IMG/VR virus record: IMGVR_UViG_3300021963_000096
Origin: an uncultured virus (IMG/VR IMGVR_UViG_3300021963_000096)
Lineage: Duplodnaviria > Heunggongvirae > Uroviricota > Caudoviricetes
Reading direction: 5' to 3' (one strand)
Length of the DNA: 64,000 nucleotides
Below the pieces are notes generated by a model, which saw only the letters and a list, made by a program, of their open reading frames with translations, made no database searches and was not told where the DNA came from. Below, in pieces: positions 17,738 through 29,400 of the stretch. Each line of letters starts with the position of its first letter. Within the stretch, counting starts at the first letter, position 1. A program made the position numbers and the translations under genes.

Positions 17738-19505
17738 ATTCCCAACTCGATTGTATTGTATTGACTCTATAAATCAAAAGATTATTTCTAGAAGGATTTG
17801 TAACAGTAGTAGTTACGGAAACATTAGATACAAAAGATACACTGATCCAACTTCCTCTAGAAACAGATGTAGATGTTGATACATTCTGTATAGTGCTGGC
17901 AATATGTGCCAGCGTTCCTACACGGAAATTCAACGGGGGTGCTAATTGATTCAATAATCCAGCTACTGATCCTGCTCCGGTACCGGTAGTAGATAAACCA
18001 TTAGTATCTAAACTAAAATATAAAGTCCTATTAGCTATCTGATCATCGACATATTTTTTAGTAGCAGCATGTTTTTCATCAATAGGTTCATCAACAAGTG
18101 TCAGATAACCTGTCATTATTCCGCCAGCTTTAGCCACACGGGTGTTGTCTACTACTTCAATATTTTCCGAACCGTCGAAAGCAACACCATTGATATATTT
18201 TGGGGACTGTAATTTAGAAGCAGTAGCGGCGTTGCCGGTTAATGTGCCAGTAAATGTTTTAGTGCCGGCATTATAAGCGATAGTATCATCGCCGGCATAG
18301 ATATCGCCCTTAAGATCTCCAATAACTTTATCAATTAGTGTTAATGTATTTGTTGTTATATTTGTAAATGTACCTTGAGCACCTGTGAATGCTCTGGCAG
18401 ATGAGTCGAAACACAAAGATGTGTCGGCCGCTCTAATATCACCTTGAAGTGTGCCTACATGTGTTCCAAAAAATTCTTTAGCACTGGCATCAAACATTAC
18501 TTGGTCATCTTCTGCCAAAAGATCTCCTTGTAGTGTTCCTCGAACATTTCCGTAAAAATCTTTAGAATATACAGAATTCCATTTCTTTGATACCGAACCT
18601 AGATTGTAAATTTCTGTAGTGTTAGGAGCCATGCCTTCTTCTGAAAATATAGCCACATCGTTATTGATGGTACCATTTTTTACACGTATTTTTAACGGGC
18701 CGTTCAATTGACTCGATAGGACAATTTTATTAAAATCTTCTACAAATATTTTTAAATCACTATCGTCGCCTACGGTAAACCCATTATCGCCAAACGTTGA
18801 ACCATTTAAGCCACGCATTACAAAATCTGCGGTAGTGAATCCCTCAAACTTTTCTGAATTGCTAGCTGTTCCCCAATATCTGTAATCGGTAGATGTTACA
18901 CCAGTAGCAGGAGTATCAACTAATGTGAAACCTTTCTTAATCTCAGTGAATCCATCAATCTCATCGATAATACCAATATCAAATTCTGTCGAACTAACTA
19001 CTGCCACAACTGTTTCATTATTAAATACTTTGATTATAGCATGTTCAACGTTGCTGTTATCTCGTATAGTGCCTGAACTGAATTTTGTTTCGCCGAATCC
19101 TACTGCTAATTCAGGTCCAATAATAACATAGTCTGCGCCGTCCCAAACATTTAATTGTTTAAGAGTATCATCGTACCAAAGATTACCTTTGTCTTTAGCT
19201 GCTAGTCCAGTCGGTGCTGCTGCTGACACATCGGTAACAGAAACAGTTTTCCACTTTGCTGTATCATCATAAAATTTTAATTTGTTGTTTAGTTCATCGT
19301 ACCAAATCTGTCCAGTAATTGGTCGTCTTGGGGCACTGAAACCCCTAAAATTTTCTAGCAGATGTAATACATTTTCATTTTGTACTTCACCATATCCAGC
19401 ATAATTTTTTCCGATAAGTTTCAGATCAGAACTAGAACTGTCCACAGTTTGGTCGGGTACTTCTATAAAAAACGACCCGTTATATCTATCAATCTGGTAT
19501 GGCAT
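17724..19505 (-). CDS. tail fibre protein (paralogous family)
   Basis: Shared N-terminal module; GNAATA..L..P..INGV.FDGS and HAATKKYVD fibre repeats. Confidence 0.75.
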   Translation of the reverse strand: MPYQIDRYNGSFFIEVPDQTVDSSSSDLKLIGKNYAGYGEVQNENVLHLLENFRGFSAPRRPITGQIWYDELNNKLKFYDDTAKWKTVSVTDVSAAAPTGLAAKDKGNLWYDDTLKQLNVWDGADYVIIGPELAVGFGETKFSSGTIRDNSNVEHAIIKVFNNETVVAVVSSTEFDIGIIDEIDGFTEIKKGFTLVDTPATGVTSTDYRYWGTASNSEKFEGFTTADFVMRGLNGSTFGDNGFTVGDDSDLKIFVEDFNKIVLSSQLNGPLKIRVKNGTINNDVAIFSEEGMAPNTTEIYNLGSVSKKWNSVYSKDFYGNVRGTLQGDLLAEDDQVMFDASAKEFFGTHVGTLQGDIRAADTSLCFDSSARAFTGAQGTFTNITTNTLTLIDKVIGDLKGDIYAGDDTIAYNAGTKTFTGTLTGNAATASKLQSPKYINGVAFDGSENIEVVDNTRVAKAGGIMTGYLTLVDEPIDEKHAATKKYVDDQIANRTLYFSLDTNGLSTTGTGAGSVAGLLNQLAPPLNFRVGTLAHIASTIQNVSTSTSVSRGSWISVSFVSNVSVTTTVTNPSRNNLLIYRVNTIQSSWEYVSG

Positions 19506-19517
19506 TGTCCGCTCCTG

Positions 19518-19877
19518 TTATTCTGTTATACTGTCTGCTGCAGCCTGTCTTTGCTGCTCTAATTCTAAATATTCTTGTTCTGAAAGAGATGTAGGAATTT
19601 CTAACGCTTTTTCTCTAAGGTGTCTTAATATCTTCCAATCAGTTCGATTTAAAAATTCTCTGTGAACACTATTACTAGTATATGTTGACTTTGCTAAAAC
19701 TTGTTCAGTAGACAATTCACAAACAGTGTTCGTTGTTGTGTCAAAATAGTGTGTATCTGAAATTATTTGACCGTATTGCTGATCGGTTATACTAGTAACC
19801 TGAACGCCATTAGGCGTATTTGGTTGATAATTTAATATCGCTGTGATCTGATTATTTTCTACGCAAACGTAATACAT
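19518..19877 (-). CDS. tail fibre assembly chaperone-like protein
   Basis: C-terminal FL..TDWK.LRH.....L.....L....Y..L...RQ.A pattern; located between fibre genes. Confidence 0.55.
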   Translation of the reverse strand: MYYVCVENNQITAILNYQPNTPNGVQVTSITDQQYGQIISDTHYFDTTTNTVCELSTEQVLAKSTYTSNSVHREFLNRTDWKILRHLREKALEIPTSLSEQEYLELEQQRQAAADSITE

Positions 19878-19878
19878 A

Positions 19879-21501
19879 TTAACTCCAAATAGCTAGCCAA
19901 TTGGCTGCTGGTGTTGATCTCTGTTCTGTATTCTGAACCCAAACACGAATCCTATCTCCAAGATTGCTCCAGGTACATCTTAAGCTGTCATTTCCATCTA
20001 CGCCGCCGGCATAGTGTATAACAGCGATACTTGGCATAAATGCCACAAGGTTTGTCATAGCTTTTCCGCTCGGAGGATAAACATCAAAGAAATTTGCTCC
20101 GTTATTAAATGATCCGACTTGATTTGTATAACCAGTAGTACTATACTGTGTATTACCGTAAGTAATTGTATAATTGGTCGGAAATAATGCTATAACTTCA
20201 TTTTTTATAATCTGATCCCTAGCATCAACATATTGTTTTGTAGCAGCACCCAATCCCGTTGATGGATCATTGGCTAAAATTAGTGGTCCAGTTAATGTTC
20301 CTCCGGTGCTAGGAAATTTAGTATTATCAAAAACTGTGATACTAGATTGTCCTGTAAAAGGAACATTGTTAATAAGTATATCGCTCTGTAATCGTGTAGC
20401 CGTAGCAGCATTACCTGTTAACGTACCTGTAAAGATTTTCGTAGTACCGTCATAGGCCACAGAATCATCTGCGGCAATTAAACTTCCCTTGACATTGCCT
20501 AATACACTGCCTGTCAATGAACCTGTAACATCACCAACTACATCACCTGTAACATTACCTAAGACATTGCCTGTTAGATTACCAATAACATTTCCAGTTA
20601 CTCCACCAACAACAGGACCAGTATGTGTACCTACACTATTGCCTGTGAGATTAGCCACTACTGTATTAGCGGCAAAATTTCCAGAACTATCTCGAACAAC
20701 CACAGTATCTTGAACATTATTTGACGAAGCATCTAATGTCCAAGTAATATTTGCCGATCCGTCAAAATCTGCTCCGGATACATAGTCGCCTGCGATTAAT
20801 TTAAATGTAGTAGAGGCTTTAACTGTTATGTCAGCGGCTCCGCTGAATGCCACACCGTTGATATTTCTAGGTGTCGTTAATGTTGCTGCTGAACCGGCGC
20901 TGCCTGATATATTCCCATTAATAACAGCAGTGCTTGATAAATTGATTCCCTTCACAAAAGAAGTAAATCCTGTTATAGGTGTTAGAGGTGTAAATGCTCG
21001 ATCAGCGATCACTGAAATAATTGTGTCGTTGATAGTTGTCTGTATTACCGGTATATCGTTACCCGACGAATCAACTATGATTGTAGAAACATGTCGTGTG
21101 TTACCAAAACCTGCTACAGTTTCCGGACCTACAAATTGAAAATCAGATCCGTCATAGACATAGAATCTACCGCTATCTGATTCATACCATCCGTCGCCTG
21201 GAGCAGGATCTTCTGGTTCTGTTTCTGATAGTTTTGTTCCGCCCACAATATTCCATGTAGAACCAGAATATACTTTTATACGCTTATCGGTCGAATCATA
21301 CCATAACTGCCCGGCCAACGGTTTCCCCGGAGCTATTCCACCTGCGAAATTTTCTAATAAAAATACAAAATTTTCATTTTGTGTTTCGCCGTAGCCGGCA
21401 AAGTTTTTTCCTACTAGATTTAAATTCGTAGTGGAATCTAGTGTACCATCTTCTAGTATTACTAGTCGCTCTCCGTTATATTTGTTAATTTGATATGGCA
21501 T
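19879..21501 (-). CDS. tail fibre protein (paralogous family)
   Basis: Shared N-terminal module; G-N/D-V-x tetrapeptide run; AATKQYVD; distinct C-terminal tip domain. Confidence 0.75.
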   Translation of the reverse strand: MPYQINKYNGERLVILEDGTLDSTTNLNLVGKNFAGYGETQNENFVFLLENFAGGIAPGKPLAGQLWYDSTDKRIKVYSGSTWNIVGGTKLSETEPEDPAPGDGWYESDSGRFYVYDGSDFQFVGPETVAGFGNTRHVSTIIVDSSGNDIPVIQTTINDTIISVIADRAFTPLTPITGFTSFVKGINLSSTAVINGNISGSAGSAATLTTPRNINGVAFSGAADITVKASTTFKLIAGDYVSGADFDGSANITWTLDASSNNVQDTVVVRDSSGNFAANTVVANLTGNSVGTHTGPVVGGVTGNVIGNLTGNVLGNVTGDVVGDVTGSLTGSVLGNVKGSLIAADDSVAYDGTTKIFTGTLTGNAATATRLQSDILINNVPFTGQSSITVFDNTKFPSTGGTLTGPLILANDPSTGLGAATKQYVDARDQIIKNEVIALFPTNYTITYGNTQYSTTGYTNQVGSFNNGANFFDVYPPSGKAMTNLVAFMPSIAVIHYAGGVDGNDSLRCTWSNLGDRIRVWVQNTEQRSTPAANWLAIWS

Positions 21502-21513
21502 GTCGCTCTTCCA

Positions 21514-23580
21514 TTATATTAATCTTGTACCGTATGTCGCATATGGAATATCATATGGCGAAGGATCTTCAACTAACGGTTCGTAAACTACCCATGTTAA
21601 CGTTGAAGAAATATTTTCTAATCGTAAAACAATTTTTCCTCTTCTAACAAATAATAGCGGAGGAGCTTTAGCTGGTATAACTACTGGATTCTGTATATCT
21701 AAAACAACACCATGAGGTGTTTCAAGTCCGCCGGGCGTTTCAGAACCATCAACTTCATATAATGTAGAATAGTTGATATTGAATGTTTGTTGTGCGATAT
21801 CTTCTTGATAGTATCTTGATGTCGCTATTCGGCAAAGGGTATTTTCTTCGTACTCATCAGGAGGACAAATATCTGTAACAATAGCAATTATTTCAGCATT
21901 GGTTAACGATGTTTCTGCCTGTGTTCCTTGACCGCTGTTATTATTCTTTGTGATATCTAAAGATAGAGGAATGCTTCTAGTTCTAACTAGATTAGTAACG
22001 TATTTCTTTGATGTAGCTTGTGCTAATTGATCAGGGTCGTTGGTAGATAGGTAAGTATAGCCTTCTTGTGTTTGATCCGGAGCACTTTCTCCATCTGTAG
22101 TGATACCTAGTAGCCTAGGAGATCCGACAAACTCAACATCGCCTAACGGTTCAAAAATTAAATCGTTTGGATTAGCTGGATCGCCGTCGGCATAAGGAGT
22201 ATTTCTTCCATTGTTAGAAATCCTATTATCGTCGATAGTGATGTTATCAGCAGTAAGAGCCGTCTGAGATCCGAAACTAATTAATCCCGGAGCTATAGTA
22301 ACTGCCGAGGTTAATTCAATTGTCGTACCATTATTTCTAAGAACTTCAACTCCGCCTATTTTATAAGAACGTGTCGCTGGAATATCAATGTTTTCACTAA
22401 AGTCCCAATCCTGTTCGTCAGCTACAGCAGATTCGTCTTCATTCCAAATAATATAATGATCAGTAGTTCCGTTTAGAATAATACCACCGCCATACGCCTG
22501 AGCATCTGTTATATTGGTTCCGTCAGACTTCTTGCCTAATTCTATGTTCTTATCTTCTACCCTTAATGTCGATACATCAACACTAACTGTATTTCCTAAA
22601 ACTGTAAGATCGCCGGTGATTTCAACACTGCCGCCAATGGTAGTTAAACTCTGAGGATTTGATGGTGCTATCTGTATTAAATCATCACCACCGGTATCAG
22701 GAGTTATTATAAAATAACTTAAAAGATTACCGCCACGGGTAGCTTTTAGAGTTATGCTTCCGTCTTCGGAAGTGTTTCTTAGCGTTACATCAGTCGAATT
22801 TTCCACTGCTAACTGTCCCTGAGGACCTGTACCAAAAAACAATCCGTCGTTTCTTTGGATTGTTAATGTTTCTGTTAGTACGTTAGGAAGATCTTTTCTT
22901 ACATAAAATACAGAATCAATCTCACCTAATCTATCTGTATTATATGCTGTGCCCTGCCATTTGAATGTAGGATCGGCTGAATTGAAGCCGATCTTTATCA
23001 GCGTATTAGGAATCGACTCACCATTTTGATTAACTGTGTTATAATCAGAAATGGGATTTCTTAGAGAAAATTCCTGTGAGCTGAAAAATCCCATCAGCCT
23101 GCCACCATTATAAACAGCAGATACGATCTTACTTCTTCTATCAGAATCTTCTAAAGATTCAATCCTAAAACCGCTAAGATTCTGAGATGAGCTGTATATC
23201 GGTGCTACTAGAGTATCTTGACTTCCGTCAAAAAAGAATAGTTGTGCTGTCGAGGTATTGAACCAAAAATCCCCTGTGCTGATGTCAAGAGGTCGAGATA
23301 TAGATAAAGCTGCGGTTCCGACAGATTTCCATTCGTTTCCCGAATATACCTTAATTCTATTTTCTGTAGTATCAAACCATAACTGTCCTATCAATGGCTG
23401 CGAAGGCTGTGATTGAGAAGCAAAGTTTTCTAGGAGATGAACAAAATTTTCGTTTAGATAATCGCCAAAGCCGCTAAAATTTTTGCCGATAAGTGTTAGG
23501 TCAGTCGATCCTTGATCAATCTGACCGTCAGCTACTGTAGCTACTATCGATCCGTCTGTTTTGTTTACTGTATAGGCCAT
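21514..23580 (-). CDS. tail fibre protein (paralogous family)
   Basis: Shared N-terminal module; GDLTVLG...VEDKNIELG shaft motif; ATSKKYV. Confidence 0.75.
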   Translation of the reverse strand: MAYTVNKTDGSIVATVADGQIDQGSTDLTLIGKNFSGFGDYLNENFVHLLENFASQSQPSQPLIGQLWFDTTENRIKVYSGNEWKSVGTAALSISRPLDISTGDFWFNTSTAQLFFFDGSQDTLVAPIYSSSQNLSGFRIESLEDSDRRSKIVSAVYNGGRLMGFFSSQEFSLRNPISDYNTVNQNGESIPNTLIKIGFNSADPTFKWQGTAYNTDRLGEIDSVFYVRKDLPNVLTETLTIQRNDGLFFGTGPQGQLAVENSTDVTLRNTSEDGSITLKATRGGNLLSYFIITPDTGGDDLIQIAPSNPQSLTTIGGSVEITGDLTVLGNTVSVDVSTLRVEDKNIELGKKSDGTNITDAQAYGGGIILNGTTDHYIIWNEDESAVADEQDWDFSENIDIPATRSYKIGGVEVLRNNGTTIELTSAVTIAPGLISFGSQTALTADNITIDDNRISNNGRNTPYADGDPANPNDLIFEPLGDVEFVGSPRLLGITTDGESAPDQTQEGYTYLSTNDPDQLAQATSKKYVTNLVRTRSIPLSLDITKNNNSGQGTQAETSLTNAEIIAIVTDICPPDEYEENTLCRIATSRYYQEDIAQQTFNINYSTLYEVDGSETPGGLETPHGVVLDIQNPVVIPAKAPPLLFVRRGKIVLRLENISSTLTWVVYEPLVEDPSPYDIPYATYGTRLI

Positions 23581-23592
23581 TAAATCGCTCCA

Positions 23593-25788
23593 TTAATCAT
23601 TAGTAGGTCTGCCGCTTCGAATAATATAATTCAACGTGATAAAAGGATTCATCACAGTGAAAGGTTTGCCTGTTTGAGAATCCGCAAATCCAGGTCGTCG
23701 TTTGTTCTCATCTGTTACTTTAACTAATCCCGAAGAAGCCATAGCTTGTGCTCCGTTTGCGGCTGTTCCACCCTCTATTCTTATGTTAGTAATCGATCCG
23801 CCAGGTTGATAATCTAAATTTGTAGTCGGCGATTCTGTAATAGCATAGTACTGAGTAGCACGAGAGTTAGCAGACGATCTACCATACATATCATGTTCAT
23901 GATCTGGAACATTAGGTCCCTGTAGAGTATATTGATCTGCTCCGCCTGCTCTACCTAAACTATTAGCCGACGATGTGTCAGCAACACGATTTCCACCTAC
24001 TTCAGACAACGGGGTTTCAGCAGCAGGGCTGTTGTTTCCTCCTGGATAAGGAACTGTTGTATCAGCATTCATATCTTGTTTACCAAGAACAAAACGCCCT
24101 CTGAGGTCTGGAACTCGGAAAGTTTCGCCCTTGTCAGATCCTTTAAGGTCTAAATTTACAGTTCTACCTAAATTCTTATAATTAACATTTGATCCAATGA
24201 TATCATATAGATCCCTAAATCTATATGCTTCATATTCAGATCCGTCACACAGCAAGTAACCTGTAGGTGCTGTAGTGCCAGCGTAAGGCAAGACTGCTCC
24301 GATAGGAACACCTGCATCATCAATAAATGTTTCTCTGGTCATCTTACGAAGACCCAGAGTACTTCTATAAACTAATAATTCGTCTGTATCTCTAACATTA
24401 CCTAATGCCGACTTAGTCGAAATAATATCTGATGTTAGTGTTGTTACAAATGTTTTAGTTAAATTTCCTGTACCATTAAACACCACAACGTTACTAGAAA
24501 CGTCACCTTCTAGTTTAAAATTAGTAGCAGATTGTAACGACGTGGATGTTTGAGCATTACCAGCAAGATTACCGCTTAGGTTACCTTTAATAATAGACGC
24601 ATCAATAGTGTTAGCATAAATCGTACTGTATCTATTTGCTGAATCACCGATAGTTTCTGATGTTGTTAACGGTTTAATAGATTTTGAAAAAATGTTTCCG
24701 TTTAAAACAGATAAGTCACCGCCAACGTTTAAGTTCTTAGCGATAGCAGCACCGCCAGCTGTTTGTATAGCACCATTGCTAAGATTTGACGACTGCTGTT
24801 CCGATGTATTAATAATTTCGCCCGCTATCTTAACATTGCCACCGACATCTAACGGCTGTTGAGGATTAGTATTGTTAATACCGACACGGTCTTCAACTAT
24901 CTTAATTACGGTTGTCGGCAAACCAGCAGCACCTGTTCTAGTGGTCTGCAAATCGATAGCCGCACCAGGTGTTGAATTATAAAAAATACCGCTCGATGAC
25001 CTTACTCCGAGGTTTATGTTTCCGTTAGTACCTACAAATAGACCAGAGTCAGATCTAATATTAAGCTGTGCCTGGATCGTTCCGGTAGTATCAGTTCTAA
25101 TAAAACTAGAGGAAGGAATCTCGTCAGTGCCTACTAGCAAAGATTCTGCAGATCTAGCTATGCCTATTAATCTAGGAGTAACTACTTCTTCAGAAATATC
25201 AGTCCTATTTGTTATATTGATGCCGGCTTTAATTTCAGTAAATCCCTGAATAACAACCTTAGGAATAAAATCGTCTTTGCTAATGATTGTTACAGGAATA
25301 TCTTTAGTATAAAATACAATTACAGTTCGTTCTAAGTTATCAATATCAAGTATTGTTTCAACTAGAGGACCTGATTTTGTTCCTTCACTGAACTGTGGTC
25401 CAATCAAAACCCAATTAGTTCCTGACCACAGATATAACTGCTGTGTACTAGAGTTGACCCAAAGGTCACCAAGGCTTGATCCAGTTGGCTCATTAACGCC
25501 TGTGCTAATATTACTGGTTGTTTTGTATTCTATGCCATCATAAACATAAAGTTTATTTTCGTCTGAATTAAACCAGAGTTGACCTACAACTGATTTTGAT
25601 GATTCAGGTGCTGAACCGCTGGCAAAATTTTCTAATAGATGTATAAAATTTTCAGCGATTATCTGTCCATAGCCTGTTTGATTTCGGCCAGGTATTGAAA
25701 TACTAGTTGAAGTATTTGGAAAATTATCCGGAACTTCTAATGGTTCAGGATGTAGCGTACTGTCGGTAAAATATACTTTATATGCCAT
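23593..25788 (-). CDS. tail fibre protein with a phage tail-collar domain (gp12-like short fibre)
   Basis: Shared N-terminal module; PIGAVLPYAG..APTGYLLCDGS...LYDIIG...FRVPDLRGRF and terminal MNPFITLNYII. Confidence 0.8.
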   Translation of the reverse strand: MAYKVYFTDSTLHPEPLEVPDNFPNTSTSISIPGRNQTGYGQIIAENFIHLLENFASGSAPESSKSVVGQLWFNSDENKLYVYDGIEYKTTSNISTGVNEPTGSSLGDLWVNSSTQQLYLWSGTNWVLIGPQFSEGTKSGPLVETILDIDNLERTVIVFYTKDIPVTIISKDDFIPKVVIQGFTEIKAGINITNRTDISEEVVTPRLIGIARSAESLLVGTDEIPSSSFIRTDTTGTIQAQLNIRSDSGLFVGTNGNINLGVRSSSGIFYNSTPGAAIDLQTTRTGAAGLPTTVIKIVEDRVGINNTNPQQPLDVGGNVKIAGEIINTSEQQSSNLSNGAIQTAGGAAIAKNLNVGGDLSVLNGNIFSKSIKPLTTSETIGDSANRYSTIYANTIDASIIKGNLSGNLAGNAQTSTSLQSATNFKLEGDVSSNVVVFNGTGNLTKTFVTTLTSDIISTKSALGNVRDTDELLVYRSTLGLRKMTRETFIDDAGVPIGAVLPYAGTTAPTGYLLCDGSEYEAYRFRDLYDIIGSNVNYKNLGRTVNLDLKGSDKGETFRVPDLRGRFVLGKQDMNADTTVPYPGGNNSPAAETPLSEVGGNRVADTSSANSLGRAGGADQYTLQGPNVPDHEHDMYGRSSANSRATQYYAITESPTTNLDYQPGGSITNIRIEGGTAANGAQAMASSGLVKVTDENKRRPGFADSQTGKPFTVMNPFITLNYIIRSGRPTND

Positions 25789-26447
25789 TATTGTACCTCA
25801 GTGAAACCAGTTAGGCTCTGTATTCTAATTGTATAATCGATCTGTATCAAACGATTCAGAGATTTTTGTACAGGATGGAATATTACATGTGTTAATAATT
25901 TTCCAGATCCATTAGCTTTTAGTCCTAATTCGTCAAATACGAAATCTCCAGACATGTCAACTGAGTTATCAAACGCTTCTTGGCTAGCTGGTTCGCCGTA
26001 GTCTAATAAACAACTTACAACAATATCAGTATATGTTGCTCCGGTTACATGCCTGATTTCCATTTTATTTCTAACAGGATCGTTGTTTGTAGCAGAATTT
26101 TGATCTACTACTTTTGAATAGGTCTGCGAATAAAGGCTGGAATTAGTACCGTTAGTATTTGGTGTTAGATAGGTAATTAATCCCGTAGGATCAACTACAG
26201 TTCCTCCATTGCCAAATACCATTTCTGATATCCATCCCTGGAGTTGATTAGACAAAGACTGTGCCATCGCTACGCTCATATTCTCGTAATGGATAGCATT
26301 TCTTTTATCTATAAAGATTTCTCCGTTTTCAGGATCAAATATCTTTATATGCCCTTCAACATGAAACCCTCCTGTTTCGTCAGGTTTTTTCTCTGGAATT
26401 TGTTGTATTGGTTGTTCTAACATAGTTTTAGACTCGTCTTTATTCAT
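25788..26447 (-). CDS. baseplate/tail structural protein
   Basis: GHIKI...NAI, FDELGL...LLTH..F.PV.KS....I.YTI pattern; lies between the giant wedge gene and the fibres. Confidence 0.6.
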   Translation of the reverse strand: MNKDESKTMLEQPIQQIPEKKPDETGGFHVEGHIKIFDPENGEIFIDKRNAIHYENMSVAMAQSLSNQLQGWISEMVFGNGGTVVDPTGLITYLTPNTNGTNSSLYSQTYSKVVDQNSATNNDPVRNKMEIRHVTGATYTDIVVSCLLDYGEPASQEAFDNSVDMSGDFVFDELGLKANGSGKLLTHVIFHPVQKSLNRLIQIDYTIRIQSLTGFTEVQ

Positions 26448-26453
26448 ATCATA

Positions 26454-26460
26454 TATTTAT
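26454..26460 (-). promoter_or_regulatory. T4-like late promoter core
   Basis: ATAAATA on the minus strand overlapping the stop of the giant ORF, 6 nt before ATG 26447. Confidence 0.55.
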
Positions 26461-29400
26461 TATGGTAATTTTGTACTGCTATTTTGTAGAAACTTAGCGA
26501 TAGCGGTGTTGCTATAGCTGAGTCCTTGCCCAGTAGTTGCGGTTGTAATACCGCGATCATACCATAATCTTCCCTGTCTGCGTATCACTGTGATACGTGT
26601 TCCCGCCGGAGCAGGCACAGTTAATCTAATATTCTCTGTGATTCCGTCCACAGAAAACTCTGCCTCGACGTCAACATCGCCGGCAGGACTATAAGCTCCT
26701 ACTGTAGGATCGTAGAGCTTAGTCGGATCTTTTCTCAATCTTCTTCCGCCTACAAATACTTCGATCTGATCACAGCGGCCGAAATCGTCTGGAATTGTGT
26801 CTCTATACCAATTTGTTACTGTTGTTTTTTGAGGAACATAAGTAAGCGGACCAATTATATGTGAAGTTCCATCAGATATGAAATCTTCTTTTTCCTGAGA
26901 TTCTTGGTAAGGAACAAATTCTAAAAAGCTGGTATCAACTACTAGTGTTCCCTTAGTGTGCAATGGCCTAATAGCTGTTCCGAACAATCCTCGTTTGATA
27001 TTTCTGAGTATATTTCCAGATTTTTCAAAATACTGTATCTTTTCTCCCTGTATTGTTACGATACCTGGTTGATCTTTGGCAGGGGTTGGCAGAGTACTAG
27101 CATCTACTAGAACTATTTCGTTATCGTAGTAATTTAGATCTTTGTCTAGCTCGATCTCAGAAACCCTAAATCTGCTGAAATGATTTCTATTCAATACGTC
27201 TTTAAATATCTCAAAAGATAGCGGTTCTTTATATAAAAGATCACCGAAGCTGATAGTTTCTATTATATCTGTTGTCGAAGTTTCGTCTTTTAGATAGATA
27301 GTCCTTGGTAATTCGACATAGAAATCAATGTCGGGAGTTAGACGTTCACCGTTTTTATAAACCCAAACATATGAAATTCCTAACAACGGTCTTTGCAATG
27401 AAAAGCTAACTTTGCCACCGGTAAATTCATCTTTGACCACGTCAAGTTCAGTATATCTATCAAACCAAGTAATAGATAATATATCACCTGTAGTAAATGA
27501 AGTAGATTGTTCTAGGATAATCTGTGTACCTAAAATTGAATACTGTCTAGCCGATGAATCCTCTATGCGGATAACTGCTCCTATTTCCACAGGTTTGGTA
27601 AATGTAACAGTATTGTTTTCTGAGGTAAAGACATAATCAATACCAAAAGTTTTAATAACACCGTCAACAAAAACTTTTAAGTCAGTGAATATAATAGTGC
27701 CTGGTTCTCTCGGTGTATCAACTCCGATAGGCACACTATTATTCCCGTCATAGATTTTATAAGTAGTCTCAACAGTTCTTAGTAACTGCCCATTTAACTC
27801 AACTATCATATCACCGGCTGGATCAATGTCTAATCCGCTGAAAGTAGGTATAGCATATTCTAGTATCGTATCGTCAAGAATAATTTCAGTTTGATTAATT
27901 TTAATCAGTGGTCTGTCAGCGGATAATAGTGCTATTAAAATAATCTTAGAACCGACTATTGGTGCTACACCAAATTCGACAAGAGCTTTGTCTTGTGTAT
28001 CTGTTAATTGACTACTGTTAATAAATCCAACATCAATAGGTTGATTATCGACGCTAGCAAATATCGTCGCTGTTTCGTCAAACGCGGCGCCTGTTATAAA
28101 ATATCTATCATTACCGGTTCCGGTAAATTCTCTATAATCTAAAATACCGGCGCCACCTGGCCCCATACTAAAAATTTCTATTATAGATCCTAGAATCGGA
28201 GCAGATCCTATAAATCGAACAGAATCGGTCTCTGGAATAATAACAAAGTCTGTGTCAATAGATTTTTTGTATTTGTCAACAAATACTATTATGTTTGTTT
28301 TTTCAATTACCTGTTGTCCGATATCAAACAATATCGTTGTGCCGTCACCGATAAAAATATTAGATTTGAGAGACGAACCACCACTACGCGATGAGTGAAA
28401 AACTTTGATGCTTAATGCTTCAAGGACTTGACCGGGAACGTTTTCTTCCGGTGCCGGAACTTGTTCGGGACTGATAAATCTATCACCGTCAAGCAAGATT
28501 TCCGATGCTGTTGATCCTGTAGCAGTTGAATACGCAGCCATTCCAGATAGAGAGCCACCTGATATATAAGCATCGATACTGTTTCTTCCGCCAATAATTA
28601 AACTTCCGTCGCTGGTGTCTGGACGGAATATTAGAAGGTCGCCAGATTCTAAATTGGTTGCCTGCGGTAAAATTACTGCGGCTGTCGATCCATCACCAAC
28701 AAACGTATTCATCACTGCGGTATCAGGTGGAATTTCTCCTGTATAAGAACTATCTCCTAACTGATACTCGTCGTATCTTGGATGATCTAATCTTACAGTT
28801 TTTCCTGTAGTTTCACGTTTTACATAAACGTTGATATTGATTCCCGCTGCGGGAACAGTAGGCAATGTTACAGATGTTGTGCTTCCGTCAACTAAGAAAT
28901 AATAATCTGTTTCATTAACTTCAGCACTATCCCATCCTTCGGTAAACCATGGTAATGCGTCCCAACCTGCACCAACATCAAAAGTAGCACCTTGGACAAT
29001 AGTTCCGCCGTAGTCAATTCCTGTAATTAACTGAGAGTAATCAGATACAATTTCACTGCCTTCTGTATCATCAACTTTAGTTTTTTCTACTCCTAACTGA
29101 CCGGCAATAGGTTTATAATATTTGTCGATCCTGTTTAAACTGTCTAATATTTCATCATTCTTTTCATAATTAATAGCAACTAAAGAATTAGCAGACGGTG
29201 CTATATTAAGAATCAATCTGCCGATTAACTCAGTAGTTCCATTTATTATTTCTTCTGTTAGACTTACAGAATATTGACTAGCTAATAGTCTAGATCCGTT
29301 AACCGAAACTTCGATGGTCGATTTATCTAGAGATAACGGATATTTCAATCTATAAGTGGTCTGTTTGTTCTGTGCGACAAAAGTTTCTGATTCTACAAAC

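Noticed and set aside
20489..20660. Short-period repeats in a fibre gene, considered as a DGR or contingency locus
   Set aside because: They are degenerate codon-level repeats encoding G-N/D-V-x shaft tetrapeptides; no template/variable repeat pair or reverse transcriptase is seen.
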